From NCBI GenBank assembly GCA_047967505.1, contig CM106538.1: a stretch of DNA of 64,000 nucleotides; one strand, 5' to 3'. The stretch is from Dipteris shenzhenensis (lineage: Eukaryota). The position numbers and the translations under genes were made by a program. Shown one piece after another: positions 1-10,176 of this stretch. The notes under the pieces were generated by a model, which ran no database searches, had not been told where the DNA came from, and saw only the letters and a list, made by a program, of their open reading frames with translations. Within the stretch, counting starts at the first letter, position 1; every line of letters starts with the position of its first letter.

Positions 1-900
1 CTCATGTTGAACCAAATATGATCATCCACCAGTTCTTTCAAAACACAGGGCCTAGCTCAACATGGGCACGATTGCCTTTGAAATCAAGGAGGGATACTTT
101 CACTCAATTGCCTAGGAGGTTTTAGAGGTGATTGTCTTCCTTTACGTCAATTGTTCAAGGCCTTGAGATAGAAGCTACATGAGAGGAGGCTTGTGACTAA
201 GATGAGTAGAATTTTGCATTATCCCATGTACATCTCTTGAGGTGTTAGAGTGTGGTTTGGAAGGAGATGCATATGTATTCCAAAGTAAAGCAATGTAGTG
301 CTCATATCATCCTCTAAAATGGAGTGCAAGAGCCAAGAGCCTTGAGAAGGTAAGCTGTGAGTTGTCGTCGTGGTATTTCAATCTTAAGTGCATTGGTTCA
401 AGTATAGAGAAAGACATATAGAGTCCAAGTGCCAATCTCAATGGTTTTTGAGGGTTAGAAAGGTGTGACAGATAGATCTAAGGGTTAATATGCACAATCT
501 CTCAAGCAAATGGGAGTTTTGGTATGCAAAGAAGAGCTCAATGGTCCAAGGAAATAGAGAAATTTGCAAGAAGGTGCTCAAAGGCTCCAAGAAAATAGAG
601 CAATTTGCAAGAAGGTGCTCGAAGGTTCTAAGAATTAGAGTATGGGTTGCTTCAGAGTTGCAATGGTTGCTTGAGAAGGGTTGCAATGTTCAATAGTTAA
701 TTGTTCAAGGTTTAGAAAAAGATGCAAGAGATTGGTGAAAGAGTGATGGGAAGTCATAAGGCAATAGGTGTTTTGAGGTTGTGAGAAATGAAAAGTGGTT
801 CTAATGCTTGTGAAAGAAATGAAAAGTAGAGCACAATTGTGGCAACAAGCAAAAGACATAGAACACACACACTTATAAACTCTCAAAGAAGAATGTTCAT
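1..900. mobile_element. Heavily degenerate retroelement-like remnant
   Basis: Purine-skewed, CpG-depleted sequence with no long ORF. It resembles decayed LTR-retrotransposon internal sequence, but no diagnostic motif is readable. Confidence 0.25.
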
Positions 901-1289
901 TTTCCATTGTTGCATATGCACATTCATCAAGGACATATGCCTCATTCTTGACCTAGTGAAGCTTTATACTAGACTTCTATTCTAGGCTGATCGATATACG
1001 ATTGTGCCTTTTGTGCGTATCCTTTATAGTCCTAAATCTTCGTGTAATACCTATTTCATAAGATTAAATTATTGTTGTCTTGTAATGTCCTCAATATATA
1101 CTCAATTTAGTACACGCATGCTACTAGTCTACAAAACACTCTAAGTTGTATAGATTTGCTAAAATAAAAAATTGCAAAAAAGGTATAAATCATGTCCTGT
1201 ATATATAAAAATTCAAGTCATTTCTTTCAAGTGTGCTTTTGACCCAATAAGTTATTCCTATGAAATGGAAGTTTAATTTGTTCAAGATT

Positions 1290-1413
1290 ATACATTCATA
1301 CATACATATGTATGCATGCATGGATATCTGTATGCATACACATATAAATATAAATATAAATAGATAAATAGATAGATAGAGAAATAAATAAATATATACA
1401 TACTAATGTATGT

Positions 1414-1458
<45 letters not shown>
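1290..1458. repeat. Compound microsatellite (CATA/TAAA/TAGA) ending in (CA)n
   Basis: Seen directly; a pure (CA)n tract at ~1416-1458 abuts the LINE poly(A). Confidence 0.95.
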
Positions 1459-1459
<1 letters not shown>

Positions 1460-1540
1460 TTTTTTGGGGGTAATTCCATGGGCTTGTATTATAAGATTAA
1501 TATTGTACAAAGAGACTCTCCTAAAAGTGGAGAGCCCAAA

Positions 1541-3851
1541 TCAAAAACATAAATAAACTATCTCCATGCAGGACCTGTCTAAATCTCCTTCCTTACAGGA
1601 ATCATAAACAGATTGCCTTAAGGAAGCTCTGAAGAATTCATAGGGTTGATGGAAGTGTTTGTGCAAGTATGCCATATCATGTTCAGTCCAGAAGGTCCAT
1701 AGAGCCCAAAATCTAATCCAGTGAAGGAGTAGAGAATAAGGTCTCAATGGAGTAGGACATCCACCAAAAAGCCAAAAAATTTCCCAAATCTGGTATTCGG
1801 GAATCTAAGACATAAGAACCTTGAAATCTTTGTAGTCAAAAGCCTGGAGCATTGACAAAACCATAATAAGTGTGGTATTGTCTCTGCATGTGCCTGGCAT
1901 CGTAAACAGGTAGTGGTGGTAGTAGCTATCTTCCTCTTAACCAAAGTAATTCCAACTGGCAATGTTCCAGTAATGCAACGCCAAAGAAATAGTCTTTGTT
2001 TGAGAGGCAGCTTGGCCTTCCATAAAATACTCAAGTTCCTTGACCACCAAGAGAGGGGTTTTTGCATATGCCACAAATAATTTGCACGAGTGTGTATTTA
2101 CGGCATGGGCTGCAGAAGTCTGTATGTTGTCATAAAGGTGAGTTTGCTTATAGGCACAGGGTGCATATTCAGCCCTTTGTGACATAACTTCCAGTCAGCT
2201 AACTTGTTATCATGTGAGAACTGGGGAATAGGCAATAAAGGCTGCAAAAGATCTTTTATTTTCTTCCAGATAGGCCTGTGGTGCATTCCAAGATTGTATT
2301 TGGCCATGATCTGAGGAAAAGTAAGAAGTTGCCCCTGATCATCTATCACATCTGCAATGCACCTGACACCCATTTTGCTCAAATTATATGATTTGACACG
2401 CTCCTGACAAGCAAGGGGAGGATCAAAAATTGCACTCCAATATATGCTCTCACTTCTCAAAGAGTTGTTATGCGGGTTTGCAGGATCCCATTTGATATTA
2501 GATAGGACCTCTTTCCAATCATGAATGAGTGCCAAGGCAAAGGGGCAGTTTGGGATTTTTCCCATAAATTTTCCAAGTAAAAGCTCCCAAACATCCACTT
2601 CCCATTTACCATAAAAAAGTGTCTGCATAGTCTGACACATATAGGAAAGCATTCTTGTCCACAGTTGTTCTTGCTTAAAGAAGGCGAGCAGCATTGATAC
2701 CTTTCGTGAGAGTGCATGATAGTGAATATTGAGCACATTCAAAGCACCACATTTCCGAGGAGAACAGATGAGGTCCATATTCAACAAATGGAATGCCTTC
2801 TTGGAGGCCTTTTTCATCCATAGCATGTCCATGGCTTTTGCCATATAGCTGCAATTTCTTGATCTGTCCAATGTAAAGTGGCAGAAAGAATTGTATGTAT
2901 GCCATAACAATGGATTGCACAATCCTGATGCGGACATGAAGTGGCCAAATGCCAGTTTTCCAATAATTTAGCTTTGCATTTAGCTTGTCTAATATCCAAT
3001 TAAGCTATTGTTTTCTAGTGACCAACCAGCCAATAGGATATCCCAGGTGCTTGATCAGAACATGAGGATCTAAAATCTCTCCTGGCCAAAGTATGGCGTG
3101 CCAATCTCAACTCTTTAAGGGTATGGGTTTGGATTTCTCAAAATTAACATACAGTCCTGCTGCCAATCCAAACAAAGATAAAGCATCCATTAAAGTGTTC
3201 AGTTCTTGCTGTGTATTTTGAGGCATAAAAAAGGAGTCATTTGCATATGCTTGGGCCACAAGGCAACTGTAAACCTTTTAATTTCCCATGTGAGGTAAGA
3301 TGATCCATATAGATTAGTAGGGGGTGAGTGGCAATGTCATAAAGTAGCGCACTGAGAGGGCAACCTTGCCTCACTGACTTACCCAATGTCTAAGATGTAG
3401 ACAAATGATTAGCCAAAATACATTGGACTGAAGAGTCTTTATATAGCCAATAGATAACCTGCACCATTTTTGGCCCAAATCCCATCTTGTGCATTGTTTG
3501 TGTGAAATCCCACTGAACAGTGTCGAAAGCTTTATCTATGTCTACCTGTAAGATTAAAATATCTTGTTCATTGTATTTGGCATACTCAATGGCAGTCATG
3601 GCATTGGCAATGTTATCATATATTTGCCTTCTAGGCACAAATCCATATTGAAAAGGATGTAGCCCATCATGCAAAAAGGTATGCACTCTATGCACCAGCA
3701 TTTTGGTGATGAGCTTATATTGCACTGGCATGAGAGTAATGGGCTCCAGTCAAAAATATTTTCTTTGGAATAAGCTTGACCAGTCCATGTTTCCATGAAT
3801 TAGGCATACAATTGTTATTCCAGGCATCATTAATCATTTGTAGCATGACAT
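1541..3851 (-). pseudogene. LINE ORF2, 3' part: reverse transcriptase and C-terminal zinc finger (zf-RVT-like), frameshifted
   Basis: Motifs MPNSWKHGLVKLIPK, QYGFVPRRQIYDNI, QVDIDKAFDTVQWDF, IKHLGYP, LWKAKLPLKQRLFLWR and CLRCQAHAETIPHLLWFC. Confidence 0.9.
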
Positions 3852-4074
3852 CATTAGGGGAGAATTGGGGTCTCAAAAGGGCCTCATAAGGAATGTATTA
3901 ACAAATGAATTAGTCATAATGAAAGGGCCAAGGTAGGTCCCAAAAAGTCCTAACTCCCCCTCACCTAGGTGGGTTAAGCCCACAAGTGACCCCACCTCTT
4001 ACACAACTCTCTTACACAACTCTTACTCCTAGGTGGGAGCCAAAAAATTCAAAATTCAAAAATTCAAAATTTGA

Positions 4075-4700
4075 ATTCCCTCCCTCCTCTCTCCTCCCTC
4101 CCTCCCTCCCCCTCCTCCCTCCCCCTCCCTCCCTCCCCCTCCTCACTCCCTCCTCCCCCTCCCTCCCTCCCTCCTCCCCCTCCCCTCTCCTCCCCTCCCC
4201 CTCCTCACTCCCTCCTCCCCTTTCCTCCTCCTCCCCTTACCTCCCTCCCTCCTCCATGCCTGCTCCTTTTGCCCTCCCTCTCCCTCCCTCCCCCACGCCT
4301 GCTCATCCTGCCCTCCCCCTCCCTCCTTCTCCACTGCTGTTCCTCCTCCCCCCTCCCTCCTGCTCCTCCCTCCCTCCTTCCTCCTCCACACCTACTCCTC
4401 CTCCTTCTAGCTCCTCCTCCCTCCTTCCTCTCCCTCCTTCTCCGGCCACCCAGGATCCCTCTCCTCTGCTCCTCCCTCCTGTAGAATCTCTCCCCTCCTC
4501 CTCCCTCTTTTAGCATCTCTCCCCTTCTCCTCCCTTCTACAGCAGCTCCTTCCCTCCCTTCTACACCCGTCGCCCTACTCTTCTCCTCCTCTTCCTCTTG
4601 CCCTCATCTACTTCTCCTCCTCCCTCTTCCTTGCTATTCTCTCCCTCTCACTGCTCCATCTTTGCCAGCTCTCCCCTACATTTTAGCTTACATCACTGAT
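4075..4700 (+). repeat. C/T-rich low-complexity tract (possibly a decayed proline-rich N-terminus of the transposase)
   Basis: Almost pure pyrimidine sequence; gives Pro/Ser/Leu-rich translations in several frames. Confidence 0.85.
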
Positions 4701-4718
4701 ACCTCTCTTTAAGTACTC

Positions 4719-6845
4719 ATGGCACCATTCGAGGACATATCCAACAAGTACCATGTGAACCTACAACTGGAGGCAGAATATGCAAGCACACATTCTTCGG
4801 GATATAGTCGAACTCCTCAAAGTGTGCTCCACAGTCTTCGATTGCAAGGGAAGAAGCATCTTGACCTTTGGGTGGATGGAAACTTGTATCCTTTAGACCC
4901 TGCCGCCCAAAAGAGTCCTCCTTTTCATACAGTGCATGATGTTGTTCGGTTTGTTGGCAAGGGACATGCTGGATTGCTCGGTTATTGCAATCGATTGAAC
5001 CATATTCAGACATTGGCTATGCAAGCAAGCGAGGTGTAGAGAGCCCAAGCAGAAGAACTTGCACATTTGGGAAATATTACTATTGTGGCAATGCATAATA
5101 GTAATCTCCAATTGCAAAACAAAGAACTCAGTGACAAAGCATATGCACTGGACTTGGAGCGACATGAATTGGAAGAATCAATCCAGAAGCTTGCTGAAAG
5201 CAAACAAGATTTGGAAAGGTCTATCTATGGCCAAGTTCAACGTGCTGTGGAGAAGGAAAAAGAGAAGTCGATAGAACGAGTACAAAAGTTGAAGGGAACA
5301 TCTTCGGGACTGAAGGAGAGGAAAAGACAATTGCAATCTATGGATGCATTGTCAACCAATAGTGGTGCCCAAAAGAGGAGAATATGGGCTGCAAGGTTAG
5401 TTCCCCAAATTTTCAATGAAATTTCTTACCCCAAAATATCTGTGGTGTTGCATTCTTTCCATAAGACTCATTTGTACTGTACTTTAGGAATTTCATGGAG
5501 GATGTGATGGGAACCCCTAGACAAAAAGGGCTATGCAAACAAGTTGCTAGAGAGGTAATGAAGGATTTCAAGGGCCTCGTCCAAGCAAAGGAGGTGCTTG
5601 GAGCTTGTGATGCTGCTGGTGTAAGTCGTGAAGCTTACAACTCTGTTTTAAAAATTTTCAAGTCTGCTATGGAGGAAAAGTATAAGATATCTACAATGCC
5701 ATTGCCAACACCGTGGTCTGTAAGGCTTGCACATCAAGAAACAAACCAATGTGCTAGAGAAAACCTTCGAGGATACCATTGTGTAAGTGGTACAATGACT
5801 TGGAAGAGTAAAAAGAAATCTGGCATCCAAATGTTTGAGATGAATGCTTTCAATAATGTTTACGTGGATGTAGAGAATTTGCAGAGAGCCATGGTCAAAT
5901 TCTATGGGATGAGACAAGAAGGTAAGAGAAATTCCCTCCACATTCAACTTTATTTCTTCTGATTTCTATATCCTTACTGAATTTCTCTTTCATTGTACAG
6001 ATGGCAAGCTAGTATTTGTTATAAAAATGGATGAAGCTCAGTTGGTAAAAGAGCACAAGCTAGAGAGGGTGAGCATTTGTATTATGAACGATGCCTTGCA
6101 TTTTGCTCAAGGGGATGAGGAAGTTGAGCAAGGTTTCTCAGTCCAATCTGAGAAGGACATATGGTGGCTTGTAGCCTTTGAGACCCCAAAGGAGTGCCAC
6201 GAGACATTGAAGTGGGTTTTGGAGAGAACCGGCATCCCGTTGATTATTCGAAGACAAGAGGCAGGGCAAACATTAATTGTGGATGGGCATGGAACGTTTC
6301 AAGTTGAATGGCATCTAGATCATGATTTAAAGACCCTCAAGTGCTTGTATGGTTGTGATACAGGTGCAGATGCAAAATGGACATGCTTGTGTTGCGCCCA
6401 CTCTCAGAAGATGCAAAAGGGAAGCCTACAGTGGGAAAATGGCATCCTTTCTTGCAACCAAAGTGCAGCCCTTGATCGTCACAAAAAGGATCCTAAGTGG
6501 GACACCATTCTACCAATTCCATCCATTTGGAATACTCAAGGAATGGAGAAATTACACTATAGAGCAAAGGCAACATACTTCAAGAATACAAGGCATGGGG
6601 GTGGTATCACGTGAAGCAATGCACTACATGAAATGTTCGATTGGTTTTATAAATGTCTAGAGGCCAAGACTCTCAAGCGCGATAAGGTAGAGGTCTCAAG
6701 TCTCGCAAAAGCGGTTCAACATGTCAAGAAGACAAGGAGATGTGCTGCTTGGAAGTCCTCAATAGGGAGCCAAGGGGTTGTGCTTTGGTTGTAACGTAGA
6801 GTCAGACGGGGGAGGCGTTGGGTCCTAAGAGAGCCCGAAATGTAA
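4719..6845 (+). pseudogene. Spliced RAG1/Transib-like DDE transposase, pseudogenised
   Basis: GT-AG introns 5396-5487 and 5922-6000 join the ORFs in frame. Motifs: LVFVIKMDE (D1); WHLDHDLKTLKCLYG..KWTCLCC (D2 + CxxC, cf. RAG1 GYDEKLVREVEG..YICTLC); WNTQGMEKLH (E, cf. RAG1 WASEGNESGNK). In-frame stops at 5037, 6612 and 6792, and an apparent internal deletion near 6520. Confidence 0.72.
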
Positions 6846-7020
6846 AATGTTTGATGAATAAACTTAACACTATTTTGAGTCAATTATAGATTCCAAAATT
6901 CACAAATTTGTTTGGAAATTGCAAAATTGCATGTGCGACATGGTAGGGCAGAGGGGTGAGTGGGTTGGGAGGGAGGGCGGTGAAGGTTAAGTATTACCGA
7001 ACTGGGAGGAGGTGCACTAA

Positions 7021-7106
7021 AAAAACCCTAATTTAAAAGAAAAACCCTAAAGTGCTTTAAAAAAGACTATATAAAGCACTTCAAAACCCTAAAATCCCTC
7101 ATTTCT
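7021..7106 (+). promoter_or_regulatory. Putative promoter: repeated AAACCCTAA (telo-box-like) motifs and TATA box
   Basis: AAACCCTAA at ~7023, ~7042 and ~7085, and TATAAA at ~7070, upstream of the ATG at 7107. Confidence 0.45.
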
Positions 7107-7800
7107 ATGGCACGAGTTAAACAAATTGCTAGACCCATTAGATGTTGTTTAGACGCTACTCGTTGACCTCCTCACAACACATGGCCTCCAAACACACTGC
7201 AAGCCCCAGTGGCCAAGAGGGCAATGATCACCAAGGATCTGAAGGTGGTTGTCCTCATCGGGAGTCCAAGCAATGCGAGGCCCCACCATCCGACTCTCAT
7301 GGGGGATCCCAGGGATCTCAGGACCATGAGGAATCCCAGCACGATGAAGGATCCAAGCACGATGAGGGGTCCTCTCAGTCCTTCCACACAACTAATCGTG
7401 GAAGTAGAGAGGTCTCTCGAGAAGAGCAAAATAGTTTACTCATCCTGATCAACTACCCCTCCCTCCTTCGTGGAGTCCTGGGGTAGAGCAACTAGAACAG
7501 CAAGGGGAGCAAGAAAGGCAAAGAGAGGAGATGGAGAGATTACAGGGGCCACAATAAGAGGAAGTATTTGGCAGGCTCGCAGATATAATGAACCTTGGCC
7601 CCAATCTTCCAACCAAGTAGACCGCACGCAAGAGAACCATCAACCCTCTGTGCCTCGAGATGATCAGATATGAGGAGCCTCTAGTACGAGCTAAGCAAGA
7701 GCCTCAGCCTGCTGTCTCACAGCCTCACAAGGAAAAGAGACCAAGGAGAAAGCAGACCCCTAGGCGCGAGAGGCCACCTCAAATGACCCAATGTAATAAT
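7107..7800 (+). pseudogene. Decayed accessory ORF starting MARVKQIAR (histone H3 N-tail-like), followed by a low-complexity S/Q/E/G/H region
   Basis: ATG at 7107 reads MARVKQIARPIR. A GC-richer coding-like island runs to ~7790 with stops and frameshifts, then AT-rich sequence. Confidence 0.45.
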
Positions 7801-8516
7801 ACTATGCATATATAATTACTTATTAACACATTTATATCATATGGCAATATATTTTTAGTGTTTTTATAGCATATTTATGGACATGTTTCTAAAGAAGTTT
7901 AAATTACTATAAATAAGTATTAACTTGGGCTTATATATCACTCTCATAAAATACATGTAATATTTAATACTATATATGAAAGATTTTCCAAAATATAACT
8001 CCATAGATGTGCTCAAATGGGGTGTTCCGATCAATTTGAGTGGTTGAACGACTATATTTGGACATTGGATATGAAAGTTATGTCACTTTTAAAAGTGCTG
8101 TCCAAGGTAGTTTCGCCAGCGAAACTACCTTGGGAGACTTGCTTCAAAGGGGTTTCGCTGGCGAAACTACCTGGATGGCTTGCTTCAATGAGTTTTCTTT
8201 GAAGAAACTCTTTCATGAAGATAGGTTGAGAGAGGGTTTTCAATGTCACCCCCTATTAAGTAAAAGTTGTAAGAAGGATCATAAGGGAATTTTCATAGAG
8301 GAGTCTACTCTACATGTGGGTTTCTTCAAAAGCCATCCCATTATGCTCTCACCATTCCTACAGATTCACCTAAAGATTTTTGTATAAAATAGGCATAGCT
8401 ATAATACTTTGCATATTTCTAAGTGAAACTATGTTTTCTTCTGATCGATTTTGGCCATATTTATGCATAGTTGGAAGCTTTTTTTTTCCTTCGCTCGGAC
8501 GCTTGGAAGATTTCGC

Positions 8517-9943
8517 TCAGAAAATGCTCGTCCCTGCTCTAAACCTAGTCGATAGAGAGTCATTGCTATTGTCGTTGCTAGCTAGGGACATGGCTGTTGC
8601 CATCAATGCCATACCTTGAAAATTGGTTCCAAAGGCATTTAGGGCAGCCATGCGGTTCACCAAAATGACCTTGTCAGCATTGCGATTGATGTCAGCATGA
8701 CCAATCACTCTTGACAAGGCCTTGCACTTCAAGAGGTCATTAGTGCCATGTGGAGAAAACTTTTTATGGATAACCACAAAGCGCCCTTTTGCTTGGCCAA
8801 GGTAATGTGCCAGTGAGTGAAGCGACTGCAAACAAGGCATTGTCGAGATGAGAATAGGTCGACCTCAAATGCCTCCTGCAATAGTCTAACATTACATTAG
8901 AATTTCATTAAAGCAAAAGTATACCAAGAGAGAAGAAATTCAAAGCTCATAGTTTCTTACCACTATGGAGTCATCATGCTCAATCGCTTCCTCTTTGTCA
9001 ATGAGGATGGATCCAAAGGCCTCCTGCTGTCTGGAGTGAGATGTGGAGGCTTTTTCTGGAACATCAGGTAGGTCGGAGTAGATTGATGTCTCTGCATCTT
9101 TGATTTGGGCCAATGTTAAAGCAAGAACCTCTTCTATTGAATCATCTACTCCCAAAAACCCAGGTTCTTGCATAGTCGTCTCCACCTCATATCCACATAG
9201 GATACCAAGAGCTTCATCCTCCTAGAGACCAAACATAACCTCTATGTCATGGAGAAAGAGGTATTGTTCTCCATCCACAAGAAAGGGAGCAAGAAACCAT
9301 ATCATTATTGTGGGGTCAACAGAGGTGGTGCCCAAGGTGGATGGAATTTGAGAAGTAGAATGGGGTTCAGGAGGTTGCTGGAGCACTTCCAGGGCCAATG
9401 CAGCTTCCCGCTCCTCAGCTTCTTCATCTATGGGCTCTTCATTGTAGATGTTGGGCTCATCTACGGAAATAAGAGGATCGAAAAGGGTAGGGGCAGGGTC
9501 AAGGCTTGAGGTCGAGGCCTCCTCTTCCATTTGTCCCTCATAGAGAAGGAAAATAAAGGTCATTTCCCAGGATAGGAACCTATTTCCTGTGTTTCCGATG
9601 ACTCCACATGCTAGGAGGTCATCATGTCCACCTCCCTAAACCCTAGGGGTGTGAGTTGGGCTCGAAAGCGATCTAAACGCTTCACGAACCTGGGTTCTTC
9701 ATTGAACAAGTACTTCAAATAATCAATTGGGACCCATCTTTTTGTAGACTCATCAAGTTGATATGCAAAACTCGCGATGTAGTCTTGCATGTACTTGATG
9801 AGGTCTTCAAAATCATCTCGGGCTCCCAAGCAGGTGCCTAGGACATCTATGCTCTTATCAAAGACTTGAAATAACTCCTACTCTCTATCAATTAATGGAG
9901 TATGGGAGATGAAATCATGGAAGGCAGACCTAGCAGAATCCAT
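8517..9943 (-). pseudogene. Decayed accessory gene of unknown function (helical N-terminus, acidic middle)
   Basis: Chain of minus-strand ORFs (9611-9829, 9222-9563, 8940-9185, 8517-8840) with protein-like composition. ATG at 9943 (MDSARSAFHDF). Confidence 0.5.
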
Positions 9944-10176
9944 GGTAGTTTGGTAGCTAGGAGAACTATGGCTATGATAGTGAAACTTTGAAACTAAAGT
10001 AACTTTATAACCTATGTATACCCAAATGTTCTATATATAAAAAATAAAAAGAATTATAAAATTTTGGGGAAAAACTTGACATTGACATGAAACAAAACCA
10101 TTCAAAACATCAAAATTAATTGCACCACTATTAATTGGAAAATGTCAAAATCCACAATTGTTCCACCCCACATTTT

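Noticed and set aside
3986-4516. Extensin/formin-like or Gly/Arg-rich ORFs
   Set aside because: These are translations of a C/T low-complexity tract that is open in many frames.
7107-7166. Histone H3 gene
   Set aside because: Similarity is limited to the first nine residues; no histone fold follows.
8019-8253. Small nested TIR element (GGGGTG...CACCCC)
   Set aside because: The inverted match is only ~6 bp and there is no TSD.
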